From positions 1 through 32,657 of the IMG/VR virus record IMGVR_UViG_3300037423_000850: a DNA stretch of 32,657 bases; one strand, given 5' to 3'. A model generated the notes under the pieces. The model searched no databases. It was not told the origin of the DNA and saw nothing but the letters and a program-made list of their open reading frames with translations. Shown one piece after another: positions 8,528 to 18,420 of the stretch; within the stretch, counting starts at the first letter, position 1, and every line of letters begins with the position of its first letter. Both the position numbers and the translations under genes were made by a program. Source of the DNA: a virus. Taxonomy: Duplodnaviria > Caudoviricetes.

Positions 8528-9529
8528 ATGGCCAAGAACAAAGCACATGCGGGCGATCAGCAAGGACACGCGCCAGCTCCGCAGGGCGACGACAACAACA
8601 CGCGGCTTGCGTTTCTCGAGAGCCGGGTCGAGCCGTTGATCACTGCAACGACCAAAATCGTTGAACGCTATGGGGGCAACGTCGAGATCGCCCCGAACAG
8701 CAACGAGGATTTGATCGATTGCCAGATCAGGATCCTCAACACGGTCGCGGACTTGCCCGACGTCCAACTCGACCGGATCGAAAAGATCGCGACTGCCGTC
8801 GCGGAATATGGGATCGATCTCGGCGAAGGGCTGGATCCGGTCGAGCAGGCGATCGCGATCATCGGGCGTGCGCGCGAGATCATGCTCGGGCTGGCCGAGG
8901 CGTTCGTCGAAGGCGGCCACGATCTCGACCCCGGCGAGGACGTGTTCGCCGGCGTGTGCCGGGTGCTCAAGGCGGCGGCCGACAGCGACGCGACCAGCGG
9001 CGAGATCGCGGCGATCGCGCGCGCCGAAGCGGCCGAAAAGGCGCTTGCGGGCGCGCAGGAGCAGATCGCGCAGCTCGAGCAGGCGATCGACCAGATCGGC
9101 GACGAGGGCAAGCGCCCCGGCTTCCTCAAGCGGCTGCTGTCGCGGGGCGGCGCTGGCGGCGATCCCGAGGCGCCGGCGTCGCGCGAACCGGTTGAGTGCG
9201 GGCCGACCTATGGCTCGGCGAGCGTCGAAGAGATCCGCGGCTTCCTCGCCGAGGAGCATCTGATCGAAGTGGTGCTGTCCGACGGGTCGCAGGAGCTGGT
9301 CGAGTCTCAGCCGACGGTGCTCGTCCGCGGCGACCTGGTGCGGCGCGGGCACAATTATCTGCTCAACAGGCCGATCCTGCTGGTCGGCCCGGAAGGCGGG
9401 CGCGAGATCGCCGGGGCGGCGCTGCTCGTCGACGGGGTGCAGGCGGATTTCTGCGCGTTCGATCGGCCGATGCAGATCGCGCCGGGCGAGCAGTACCAGT
9501 TCTCGCATCAGTTCACGTTCGGAAACTAG
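8528..9529 (+). CDS. hypothetical protein (333 aa) with coiled coil
   Basis: GGGAGGAAG RBS, ATG at 8528; GC3-rich codons. Confidence 0.75.
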   Translation: MAKNKAHAGDQQGHAPAPQGDDNNTRLAFLESRVEPLITATTKIVERYGGNVEIAPNSNEDLIDCQIRILNTVADLPDVQLDRIEKIATAVAEYGIDLGEGLDPVEQAIAIIGRAREIMLGLAEAFVEGGHDLDPGEDVFAGVCRVLKAAADSDATSGEIAAIARAEAAEKALAGAQEQIAQLEQAIDQIGDEGKRPGFLKRLLSRGGAGGDPEAPASREPVECGPTYGSASVEEIRGFLAEEHLIEVVLSDGSQELVESQPTVLVRGDLVRRGHNYLLNRPILLVGPEGGREIAGAALLVDGVQADFCAFDRPMQIAPGEQYQFSHQFTFGN

Positions 9530-9547
9530 GTTTCGTCGCGTGGGGGT

Positions 9548-9577
9548 GGCGGCGGCGTTGGGGGCAGCGCCGCCGCC
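9548..9577 (+). terminator. GC-rich stem-loop ahead of the portal gene
   Basis: GGCGGCGGCGTTG-GGGG-CAGCGCCGCCGCC; no U-tract, so function is uncertain. Confidence 0.35.
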
Positions 9578-9603
9578 GATAGTCGGAAGGGGGAGCGTGT
9601 AAC

Positions 9604-11316
9604 ATGGATGCATATTCGGGCAGGGTCGACCTTGGCGCGGCGGCCGCGACAGCGCTTTCAACCGACACAATCCAGTTGATCTTGGCCGACCAGGACCGGC
9701 TCGCGGCGAAGCGTTCGCCCTACGAAAGCACGTTCCGCGAAATCGACCGGTTCGTCGACCCGTTCGGCAGCGGCGGGTTCCTCAAGTCGTCGGCGATCCC
9801 GATGGGCGATATGGCCGACCTGTACGACGTCTCGGCGATCAAGGGATTGAAGCGCTACACGTCGACGATCGCCGGCCTGACGATCCCGCGGCAAAAGCGC
9901 TGGCACGGCGTCGAGTTCGACAACCCCGAATTGATGAAGAACCGCAACGTCCAGCGCTGGTGCGCAATGGCGGCCGACCGGCTGTTCATTGCCCGCTACG
10001 CGTCCAAGACCGGGTTCGTCGCGCAGAGCTACGGCGATATCAAGCAGGAAGGCAAATACGGCACGTCGGGCTTGTGGATCGGCGAGAAGGCCGGCGAGGG
10101 GCTGTTCTACAAGACCCCGCACCTTAGCGAGCTCTACATCGACGAGGATTATTGCGGCCAGGTCGGGCGGGTCCACCGGCTCTATACGACGACGATCCTC
10201 AACGCCTACCGCGAAGTCGAGAAGGGCGGCGGGCAATTGTCCGATCGCTGCATGGCCGCAGTCGAGGATCCCAAGAAGCGCCACGAAGAGATCCAGATCC
10301 TCCACGTCGTGCGGCCGAACGCGGAATATGAGCCGGGCTATCTCGGCCCCAAGGGCAAGCCGATCGAGAGCCTCTATATCGAGGTCGACGAAAAGCACGC
10401 GATCCGCCGGTCGGGCTATTATTCGATGCCGATCGCGGTCAGCCGCGCCGACACCAGCCCAGGCGACCCGTGGGGCCGCTCGCCGGCGATGGAAGTTCTC
10501 GCCACGACCAAGGGCGTCAACGCGATCGCGCGGACGATCCTCGACGCCGGCAACAAGGCGGTGGATCCGCCGCTGCTGTTCGCCGACGACAGCGACATTA
10601 CCAAGGTGATCACCCGCCCCGGCGGCCTGACGCCGGGCGGCCTCGACGATCAGGGCCGGGAAATGGTCAAGCCGCTCTACACTGGCGCGCAGATCCCGGT
10701 CGGGCGCGAGATCCAGGCCGAGGAGCGGAGCGTGATCGCCTCGGCGTTCCTGGAAGAGTTCTACCGGCTGATCACCGACCCGTCGGATCGCATGACCGCA
10801 ACCCAGGTGGTCGAGCAGTTGAACAAGGAAGGCGTGCTGATCGCGCCGTTCGCCGGGCGCCGCGAGACGGAGAAGCTCGGCCCGATGATCGAGCGCGAGC
10901 TCGAGATCATGATGCGCGCCGGGATCATCCCGGCGCCGCCGCCCGAAGTCCAGGAAGCTGGCGCCAAGCCCAAGATCCGAATGACCAACCCGCTGTCGCG
11001 CATGGCGCGCGCCGAGGAAGTCAGCGGCTTCACCCGAGCGCTCGAGATCGGGGTCCAGGCGGCGGCCGCCGGCTCGCCCGAGGCGCTCGACCGGCTCAAG
11101 ATCGCCGACGGCGTTGCAGCCGTCGCCGAAGTGCTCGGCGTGCGGCCCGAGCTGATCCGCTCCGACGAGGAAGTGGCGCAGATCCAGCAGGACCGCGCCG
11201 ACAAGGAAGCCGCGGCGCAAATGACGCAAGTGCTGCCGGCGGCCGCCGGCGCGGCGAAGGATCTCGCCGGGGCCAATGAGATCGCGGCGAACCTCGCCGC
11301 CGGCGGGGGAATGTAA
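9604..11316 (+). CDS. portal (T7 gp8-like head-tail connector)
   Basis: 570 aa; WGRSPAMEVL, KAVDPPLL, RMTATQV motifs; position after TerL. Confidence 0.9.
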   Translation: MDAYSGRVDLGAAAATALSTDTIQLILADQDRLAAKRSPYESTFREIDRFVDPFGSGGFLKSSAIPMGDMADLYDVSAIKGLKRYTSTIAGLTIPRQKRWHGVEFDNPELMKNRNVQRWCAMAADRLFIARYASKTGFVAQSYGDIKQEGKYGTSGLWIGEKAGEGLFYKTPHLSELYIDEDYCGQVGRVHRLYTTTILNAYREVEKGGGQLSDRCMAAVEDPKKRHEEIQILHVVRPNAEYEPGYLGPKGKPIESLYIEVDEKHAIRRSGYYSMPIAVSRADTSPGDPWGRSPAMEVLATTKGVNAIARTILDAGNKAVDPPLLFADDSDITKVITRPGGLTPGGLDDQGREMVKPLYTGAQIPVGREIQAEERSVIASAFLEEFYRLITDPSDRMTATQVVEQLNKEGVLIAPFAGRRETEKLGPMIERELEIMMRAGIIPAPPPEVQEAGAKPKIRMTNPLSRMARAEEVSGFTRALEIGVQAAAAGSPEALDRLKIADGVAAVAEVLGVRPELIRSDEEVAQIQQDRADKEAAAQMTQVLPAAAGAAKDLAGANEIAANLAAGGGM

Positions 11317-11345
11317 TGGGCGGCCTGTCGGGATCGAGGCTTTAG

Positions 11346-11684
11346 ATGCAGCACCCCAAGTCGCTGCAGGAGCGCGGTCGAGCGCTCGGCGCGCTGACTG
11401 CCAGGGCGCGGCGCGAGGCGCGGCTCTCGGTCGCCGCCAAGGCGCTCTATTTCGAGGAGGACGGCAAGACGCTGCGGCCCGAAGCTAGGTTGCTACTCGC
11501 CGACAATCTCAAGACGTCCGAGCTGTTCGGCTCGGCGATCAAGCGCGATCGTGACGGGCGGATCATGCCCGAGGACGTGATCCGGTTCGAGGGGCGGCGC
11601 GAGATCGTGCTGCGGCTGATCAATTTGTTGGAGCTCGGCCCGATCGAGGTCGCGCGTTTAGTGGAGGTGGACAATGCGGACTAA
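11346..11684 (+). CDS. conserved protein between portal and scaffold (BPP-1 Bbp19-like)
   Basis: EGRREIVLRLINLL motif and gene order. Confidence 0.65.
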   Translation: MQHPKSLQERGRALGALTARARREARLSVAAKALYFEEDGKTLRPEARLLLADNLKTSELFGSAIKRDRDGRIMPEDVIRFEGRREIVLRLINLLELGPIEVARLVEVDNAD

Positions 11685-12696
11685 CCTGGGGGGATTGCTG
11701 ACGGCGACGGCCGCGATCAGCATGATTGGAGCGGCGAGCGGGCGGTTCAAGGCGGCCGACGGCGACGGTGGCGGTGGCGGCGGGCCGCTCGACAGCCTGC
11801 TCGAGGATCCTGCGGCGGATCCAGCGGCCGATCCGGCGGCGGACCCTGCAGCGGATCCTGCGGCGGATCCAGCAGCCGACCCGGCGCTCGATTTCTCCTG
11901 GGCGACCGGGGTCAAGGCCGAGCCCGGCGAGGGCGAGGAAAGCTCGAACCTCGACTGGCTCAAGGGGACCAAGGTCAAGGATCTCGACAGCCTGGTCAAG
12001 GTCGCGCGCGACAACCAGAAAGCGCTGCGCGAAAGCGGCCGAGTCAAGATCCCCGGCGAGAACGCCAAGCCCGAGGAGATCAAGGCGTTCCGCGAGGCGA
12101 TGGGCGTTCCCGAAACCCCGGACGGCTATGAGATCAAGCTGCCCGACGACGCGCCCGCCGGCGCCGAGCTCGACGAGGGGCTGATCAAGGGGCTGGCCAA
12201 GGCGGCGCACGAACGCAACGTGCCGGCGGCCGCGTTCAACGATCTCGCGGCGGCGTTCATCGCGCACCAGGCCGAGGAAGCGCAGGCGGCGGCGAGCGCG
12301 AACAACGAGGAACGCGACGCCAAGCTCAAGGAATGGGGACCGGCGGCAAACGAGCGCAAGGGTGAGTTCGCGCGGGCGGCCAAGGCGCTCGGGCTCAACA
12401 AGGCCGATATCGGCGCGATCCAGAAAGGCTATGGCGTCGCGAAAACGATGGATCTGCTCGTCAGGCTCGGCGGGATGATGGGCGAGGATTTCTTTGGGGA
12501 CGGCGACGGCGGGGCGCAGCAGTTCGGCCTCGCCGACCTGGCGAGCTCGGAAGCCGCCTTGAAGGCGATCACCGACGATCCGGCGAGCGGCCCGCGGCTG
12601 CGCAAGGGCGATCCCAAGTTCGACCCGGCGTTCAAGGCGAAGTACGACCGGACGATCGCCGCCGTGTCGCATTTCCGGAGCCTGGCGAAGAAATAA
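11674..12696 (+). CDS. capsid scaffolding/assembly protein
   Basis: G.PETPDGYEI motif, LKEWG, low-complexity N-terminus; precedes the capsid gene. Confidence 0.8.
   Translation: MRTNLGGLLTATAAISMIGAASGRFKAADGDGGGGGGPLDSLLEDPAADPAADPAADPAADPAADPAADPALDFSWATGVKAEPGEGEESSNLDWLKGTKVKDLDSLVKVARDNQKALRESGRVKIPGENAKPEEIKAFREAMGVPETPDGYEIKLPDDAPAGAELDEGLIKGLAKAAHERNVPAAAFNDLAAAFIAHQAEEAQAAASANNEERDAKLKEWGPAANERKGEFARAAKALGLNKADIGAIQKGYGVAKTMDLLVRLGGMMGEDFFGDGDGGAQQFGLADLASSEAALKAITDDPASGPRLRKGDPKFDPAFKAKYDRTIAAVSHFRSLAKK
11806..11889 (+). repeat. 7 x 12-bp tandem repeat encoding (DPAA)6-DPAL
   Basis: GAYCCNGCRGCS units with synonymous variation. Confidence 0.9.
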
Positions 12697-12703
12697 ATCG
12701 CGG

Positions 12704-12748
12704 CCGTGTAACATGGTGCTTGACACGGGGCCGAGATCGCGAGATTTT
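12704..12748 (+). promoter_or_regulatory. candidate capsid-gene promoter with adjacent palindrome
   Basis: CCGTGTAACATGG, 3 nt, TTGACA (12720-12725), 17 nt, GATTTT. Confidence 0.6.
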
Positions 12749-12976
12749 CGGCCCCGTTCTTTCCTTTGGGGGGATAGGAACGAACCGGCCTAGCGGCGCA
12801 AAATGCCGCCCCGGCCCTGGTGGGGGAGATCACCCGGCGAACCGTGCCGCAAACGGTAGAACGGCCCGATCATTTGATCGCCTAGCCGGTCGGCTTTTCC
12901 ATTCATGGATCCCGATCGGCGCCAAGCAACAAAGCGCGACGCGACGAGACGGATCCCAACCGGGGGGACCGGCACA

Positions 12977-13927
12977 ATGACCGTTACTGGAGATCCGACC
13001 ACCACCGCAATGACGGCGTTCGACGCCAACATGCGGCTCGAGCTCAACCAGCAGAAGGCGCTGCTCGCCGATCGCACGGTGAAGCGCAACGCCAAGGGCA
13101 ACGAGAAAGAGAAGTTCGACAACCTTATCTCGAACGCCTCAATGAAGAAGAAGAAGACGCGCAACGGCGACGTCGAGCACGATACCACCGGCTATGACGG
13201 CGTGTGGATCGTCAAGCCCGAAATGGACTATCTTGCGACCCTGGTCGACAAGGAGGACGAGCTCGCCACCCTGTGCGACCTCGAGGGCGGGGAAACCATG
13301 CGCCACGCCGGCGCATACCAGCGCGCCCGCGACGCCTCGTTCCTGCAGGGCTTCTTCGGCAACATGATCACCGGCAAGTCGGGCACCGTGAACAATGCGT
13401 TCCCGGCGGCCAACCGGATCGCAGTCACCTACGACGGTGCCGGCGGCGCGGTTGCGCTCGGACTGACGGTGCGGAAGCTCCGCCACCTTCGGCAGACGTT
13501 CGCCGGGCGGTTCGTCAACCTCAATCAGCCGATCTACCTCGCCGTCGACAGCATTTCGGTCGAGCAGATCACCAGCGACGCCCAGGTGCAGAACAGCGAC
13601 TTCCTGACGGCGCTCAAGCCCAAGTGGTCCGAGGACGGCAAGTTCCTGACCGGGCTCGCGGGCTTCGAGTTCGTCGAGATCGAGCTGTCCAACCCGCTGC
13701 TGTGGGAGGAATATGACGGCATCGACCTGACCGACGCCGGCGGATCGCAGCGCGACCTTCCGGCGTGGACCGGCGACGGGATGCTCGAGGCGACGTGGCA
13801 GGATCTGTTCACCAGCGTCGACAAGCTGCCCGGCAAGCACTTCTCGGCCCAGGTCTATTCGAGCCAGGTTCGCGCCTACTCGAGAACCGACCAGGCCCGC
13901 GTCGGCGCAATCCGGGTCCAGCAGTAA
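12977..13927 (+). CDS. major capsid protein (316 aa)
   Basis: GGGGGGA RBS; size and position after the scaffold; LAGFEFV and QVYSSQ.RAYSRTD..RV ending typical of this capsid family. Confidence 0.85.
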   Translation: MTVTGDPTTTAMTAFDANMRLELNQQKALLADRTVKRNAKGNEKEKFDNLISNASMKKKKTRNGDVEHDTTGYDGVWIVKPEMDYLATLVDKEDELATLCDLEGGETMRHAGAYQRARDASFLQGFFGNMITGKSGTVNNAFPAANRIAVTYDGAGGAVALGLTVRKLRHLRQTFAGRFVNLNQPIYLAVDSISVEQITSDAQVQNSDFLTALKPKWSEDGKFLTGLAGFEFVEIELSNPLLWEEYDGIDLTDAGGSQRDLPAWTGDGMLEATWQDLFTSVDKLPGKHFSAQVYSSQVRAYSRTDQARVGAIRVQQ

Positions 13928-14028
13928 CCCTGGGGGGGGTGAGCCGGTCGGGTCAAACCGACCGGCTCTTACCCGAAGGACTTTCGATTTCAGGGCGCCC
14001 GCGGCCTTAAGCGGGGAGGGAGAAGAAA

Positions 14029-14469
14029 ATGGCTGATTTCTATTCGGTCGAGGCACCGGCACCGGCGAGCCCGGCGGTCAAGCGCTCGATGAACGCGGTC
14101 GGCGCCAAGGTCCGCCGCACGGTTTCGACCTTCGTCTGCGACGCATCTGGCGTCGGCGGCGCAGCCGCGGGATCGCGGCTGATGCTGCCGAAGATCCCGA
14201 AGGGCGCGCGAGGCGTGCACTTCATCATCACCGCATCGGCGACGATGGGTGCGGCGGCGACGTTCGCGCTCGGCATCGCCGGCAACACCGGCAAGTACCG
14301 GGCGGCGGCGGTGATCACCGCGGTCGAGACGCCGGAAACGGTGCGCAAGACTGCGTTCCTGTCGGCCGAGCTCGCGGCCGACGAGCAGCCGTTCCTGACC
14401 ACCGCGGTCGCGGCAATGGTCAACGGCGGCGAGAAGCTCGTCGTCGAGACGGTTTACACGCTCAACTAA
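14029..14469 (+). CDS. putative capsid cement/decoration protein (146 aa)
   Basis: Strong GGGAGGGAG RBS; small Ala/Val-rich beta-type protein right after the capsid gene. Confidence 0.65.
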   Translation: MADFYSVEAPAPASPAVKRSMNAVGAKVRRTVSTFVCDASGVGGAAAGSRLMLPKIPKGARGVHFIITASATMGAAATFALGIAGNTGKYRAAAVITAVETPETVRKTAFLSAELAADEQPFLTTAVAAMVNGGEKLVVETVYTLN

Positions 14470-14474
14470 GATCC

Positions 14475-14517
14475 GGCGCCCGGCGGGGAGTTCTCCCTGA
14501 ATTGACCGCCGGGCGCC
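14475..14517 (+). terminator. stem-loop after the capsid genes
   Basis: GGCGCCCGGCGG...CCGCCGGGCGCC 12-bp stem; no U-tract. Confidence 0.45.
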
Positions 14518-14617
14518 CCAAAGGTTGGGGCGGCCGCCCCGCGCTACCGCCGGATCGGCCGCCTCAATTCTCTCTCACGCGCAACCGGGGCGACGGCTCC
14601 GCTGGGGACAGGCGCAA

Positions 14618-15259
14618 ATGGCGGACCGGGTTAGCCTAAGCAACCTCGCATTGCAGCATATCGGCGAGGACGATCGGATCAGCTCGCCCGACGAGAACAG
14701 CCGCGCAGCGCGCATCATCCGCACCGCCTGGACCCCAACCTTCGAGTTCGTGCTCGGCGAAGCCAATTGGGGCTTCGCGTCGCTGACGCGGGCGCTGGTC
14801 AAGCGGGCGGTCAATCCCGACTTTCCGATCGCGCTCGAGCGCAACGCCTTCCCGCTGCCCGCCGACCTGGTGCGCTTCGGCGAAGTGCTCGATCCCGATC
14901 TCAACGACGACAACGACGAGTTCTCGATCGAGGGCGGCCCCAACGGAACCGAGCTGCTGGCCGACGAGGACGGGCCGATCACGATCCGCTACGTCGCCAA
15001 CCGCGCCGAGTTCGCCGATCCGGCGCGCTGGCCGCCGTTGTTCTGCGAAGCCTTCGCGTTCCGCCTGGCGTGGCAGATCAGCGACCCGCTGGCGGCCGAC
15101 AAGGCGCGCAAGGATCGCGCGTTCAATGCGTCGGAAGCGGCGCTGTCGCGCGCCCGCCGGGCGAACAACCGGATGAAGGCGCCCAAGGGTAATGCGGCGA
15201 CGCCCTGGTCGCGCGCGCGGATCAGCGGCACGCCGCGGATCCCAGGGGTCGATTGTTGA
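14618..15259 (+). CDS. tail tubular protein A (adaptor, T7 gp11-like)
   Basis: SNLALQHIG, WGFA, FPLPADLVR, LFCEAFAFRLA motifs. Confidence 0.85.
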   Translation: MADRVSLSNLALQHIGEDDRISSPDENSRAARIIRTAWTPTFEFVLGEANWGFASLTRALVKRAVNPDFPIALERNAFPLPADLVRFGEVLDPDLNDDNDEFSIEGGPNGTELLADEDGPITIRYVANRAEFADPARWPPLFCEAFAFRLAWQISDPLAADKARKDRAFNASEAALSRARRANNRMKAPKGNAATPWSRARISGTPRIPGVDC

Positions 15260-17505
15260 GACTGCGCACCCCGATCTTCTCGTTCAACGCCGGCGAGATC
15301 TCGCGGCGCATGGAAGGCCGCTCCGACCTTGGCGGAGTGTACGACAAAGCCGTCGCGCAGATGCTCAATTTCGTTCCGGCGATCGAGGGGCCGGCGATGA
15401 AGTGCCCAGGCTTCCGCTACGTCAAGGACGCGCACGCGACGGCCGAGTGGCTGGTGCGGTTCGTGTTCAACGTCACCCAGGCGTATGTGTTCGAGCTCGG
15501 CGAGCAATATGTCCGCTTCTACACCAACGGCGGGCGGATCGAGACGAGCCCCGGCGTGCCGTTCGAGCTCGCGGTTCCGTACAGCGCCGCCGAGTGGCCG
15601 CGGGTCGCCGTGTGGCAGAGCTTCGACCGGCTCTATCTCACCCACCCCGAGCACCCGCCGGCGATGATCACCCGCACCGGCGCCGAGACATTCACCTATG
15701 AAGTGATCCCGCTGATCAACGGGCCATACCAGGATTTCAACACCGACAAGTCGAAGAACGTCACCTGGTCGGGCAATGGCGAGATCGGCGGCCTGGCGAC
15801 GATCACCGCCGGCGCTGCGATCTTCACCGCTTCCGGGCTGGTCGGGACGCCGTTCATCTTCGAGGTGCACAGCTTCTCCGACGTCCACGCGTGGGAGCCG
15901 CAAGTCCGCTCCGACGATCTGATCGAAAACACGTCGCTGCGGCGCAACGCCGGCAAGGTCTATATGTGCACGGCGCGCACCGGATCGGGCACCGGCAACC
16001 GCTTCACCGGAACGCGCGAGCCGGTCCATACCGAGGGCGAGGAATGGGACGGATCGGGCGACGTCATTGTCGGCACCGACAACGATCGCGCCGGGGTCAA
16101 GTGGAAATATATCCACGACCGCTTCGGCGCAGGCACGATCACCGAAGTCGTCAGCACGTCGCAGATCAAGATCAAGGTGACGCGGCGACTGCCGATCATC
16201 AGCCAAACCGAGGAAACCTACAAATGGGCGGTCGGAGCCTTTTCCGACGCCGCCGGTTGGCCGCAGCTCGTCGCCGCGTGGAACCAGCGCCTGATCTTCT
16301 GGCGCGGGGTCGATATCGCCGGATCGGTCACTGGATCCTATTTCGATTTCGCGCCGATCGACGACAGCGGGATCTTCGCCGACGATCAGGGCTTCCGCCG
16401 GCGGATGGACGTCGCCGACCCGCCGATGTGGCTCCACGTCGATAAGAATTACATGCTCGCCGGATCGGCGTCGGGCGAGCTGGTGGTCAGCCCGATCAAT
16501 GCTGCGGCGGGCCTGTCGGGCGACAATATCCGGGCCGACGCGCAATCCTCCTACGGATCGGCGGAAGTGTGGCCGTGCGCGCTCGGCACCGGCCTGCTGT
16601 TCGTCCAGCGCGGCGGCCGCAAGATCCGCGATGCTGCGTTCGATTTCGGGCAGGACCGGTTCGTCGGCGCCGACGCCAATATCTACGCGCGCCATGTTAC
16701 ACGGTCGGGGATCGCCTGGCTTGCCTATCAGGCCGAGCCGGAAACCCTGGTGTGGGGCGGCCGCGGCGACGGCTCGCTGATCGTTCATCCGCACAACCCG
16801 GAACAGGAGATCAAGGGCTTCGCCCGGCGCGAGCTCGCCGCCGGGACGGCGCTGTGCGGGGTCGCGATCCCGAGCGAGGACGGATCCAGCGACGAATTGT
16901 GGATGCTCGCCGATCTCGACGGGCAGAAGTGCATCCTCAAGCTCGCCGAATGGTGGGACGAGGACGCCGGGACGGAGCTCGCCGACGCCTGTTTCGTCGA
17001 TTATGCCGTGAGCTATTCGGGCGCTCCGCAACAGACGTTCAGCACCGGCCTGGCGCACCTCGAGGGCCGCGAAGTCCGGATCCTCGCCGACGGCCACCAG
17101 GAGAGCGGAACCGTCACCGACGGATCGATCACGCTTCGCAAGCCGGCGAGCAAGGTCACGATCGGGCTCGGCTATGCGGCGCGGATCAAATTGCTGCGCC
17201 CGGAAATGCGCGGCGCGCCGACGCTGCAAGGGCTGCGCAAGCGCGCGGTGCGGCTGTTCGCGCGAGTGATCGACACGGTGAGCCTGATCTTCTCCAACGG
17301 CCGCGACGAGGAACGGTTCTTCGACCGCCCGCTGGATACGCAGATGGACACGGCGCCGCCGCGACGCAACGGCGACAGCGACAATATCGGCGTCGGCGGA
17401 GGATCCGCCTATGAGCTCGATTTCGAGCTGGTCAGCGACGACGCGTTCCCGTGCATGATATCGATGCTGGTCCCGACCTATGACGTCGAGGAGTTGCAGC
17501 GGTGA
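15253..17505 (+). CDS. tail tubular protein B (nozzle, T7 gp12-like)
   Basis: 750 aa; SFNAGEISRRM.GRSDL start, LFVQRGGRKIR, GLAHLEGREV motifs. Confidence 0.9.
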   Translation: MLRLRTPIFSFNAGEISRRMEGRSDLGGVYDKAVAQMLNFVPAIEGPAMKCPGFRYVKDAHATAEWLVRFVFNVTQAYVFELGEQYVRFYTNGGRIETSPGVPFELAVPYSAAEWPRVAVWQSFDRLYLTHPEHPPAMITRTGAETFTYEVIPLINGPYQDFNTDKSKNVTWSGNGEIGGLATITAGAAIFTASGLVGTPFIFEVHSFSDVHAWEPQVRSDDLIENTSLRRNAGKVYMCTARTGSGTGNRFTGTREPVHTEGEEWDGSGDVIVGTDNDRAGVKWKYIHDRFGAGTITEVVSTSQIKIKVTRRLPIISQTEETYKWAVGAFSDAAGWPQLVAAWNQRLIFWRGVDIAGSVTGSYFDFAPIDDSGIFADDQGFRRRMDVADPPMWLHVDKNYMLAGSASGELVVSPINAAAGLSGDNIRADAQSSYGSAEVWPCALGTGLLFVQRGGRKIRDAAFDFGQDRFVGADANIYARHVTRSGIAWLAYQAEPETLVWGGRGDGSLIVHPHNPEQEIKGFARRELAAGTALCGVAIPSEDGSSDELWMLADLDGQKCILKLAEWWDEDAGTELADACFVDYAVSYSGAPQQTFSTGLAHLEGREVRILADGHQESGTVTDGSITLRKPASKVTIGLGYAARIKLLRPEMRGAPTLQGLRKRAVRLFARVIDTVSLIFSNGRDEERFFDRPLDTQMDTAPPRRNGDSDNIGVGGGSAYELDFELVSDDAFPCMISMLVPTYDVEELQR

Positions 17506-17951
17506 GCGAGGCGCTGCAATTCCGGCGGATGCTAGCCGGCGACGCGGTGCTGCTCGAAATGCAGCCGTCGCAACAGCTCGAGCTGGGCATCGAGCACCCG
17601 TGTTACACGCTCGAGGAAGGCGAGGAGCTCGCCGCCGAAACGGCGTGGACCGGGTGTCGCGGAGCGCGGATCGTGGCGATCGGGGGGTTCCGCGAATTGT
17701 TCATGGCCGGGTCGGGCGAAGCGATCGCGTGGGTGACGCTCGGCCGCGACGTCGGCGCCGATCACCTCGCGCTCACCCGGTTCGTCAAGCGCACCATCGC
17801 CGATGCGCGGTTCGTGCGGATCGTCGCCGTCGTCGAAACTGCCAATACGTCCGCGCGCGTGTGGGCGAGCCTGGTCGGACTGGTCGCCAACCGGTCGTTC
17901 ATGGGCGCTGGCGGCAAGACCTACACCCTGTTCGAGAGGAAAAACCCATGA
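17502..17951 (+). CDS. GNAT-like / internal virion protein A-like protein
   Basis: 149 aa after the nozzle; IVAIGG and SARVWASLVG patterns; gene order. Confidence 0.6.
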   Translation: MSEALQFRRMLAGDAVLLEMQPSQQLELGIEHPCYTLEEGEELAAETAWTGCRGARIVAIGGFRELFMAGSGEAIAWVTLGRDVGADHLALTRFVKRTIADARFVRIVAVVETANTSARVWASLVGLVANRSFMGAGGKTYTLFERKNP

Positions 17952-18418
17952 AGGGCGCCGGAATGATCCTCGGCGGGCTGCAGGCCAACGCCGCCGGCAA
18001 GTACAACAAGAAGATCGCCTATCGCAGCGCGCAGCAGCGCCAGGCGCAAGGGGTGATGGAGCGCGAGCGGATCCGGCTCGCCGCTCGGCTCGCGCAAGGC
18101 CGGCAGATCAATGAGCAGGGCGCGAGCGGCTTCCAGGTTGGGAGCGGATCGGCGCTCGACGCGCTGCGTGAAAGCGCGACCAACCGCGAGCTCGATCTCC
18201 TGACGTCGCACTTCAACGCCGACAGCGCCGCGACGAGCGACCGCCTGCAGGGCAACATGGCCAAGGCGCAGGGCCATGCGGCGATGATCGGCGGATTGAT
18301 CAGCGGTGCGGCATCGATCGCCGAGGACGTCGCCAAGGCCGCGTTCGGCGGCGCCGGCGCAGGCGACATCGGCGGCGCCGAGGCATTGAGCGCCGACGTC
18401 GGCGGGACGGGGCAGTAA
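17948..18418 (+). CDS. internal virion (ejection) protein, gp14-like (156 aa)
   Basis: GAGAGGA RBS; Ala/Gly-rich; GASGFQVGSGSALD motif. Confidence 0.75.
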   Translation: MKGAGMILGGLQANAAGKYNKKIAYRSAQQRQAQGVMERERIRLAARLAQGRQINEQGASGFQVGSGSALDALRESATNRELDLLTSHFNADSAATSDRLQGNMAKAQGHAAMIGGLISGAASIAEDVAKAAFGGAGAGDIGGAEALSADVGGTGQ

Positions 18419-18420
18419 AA

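Noticed and set aside
11806-11889. DPAA tandem repeat as a regulatory DNA repeat
   Set aside because: Third positions vary synonymously, as expected for an ordinary low-complexity scaffold linker.
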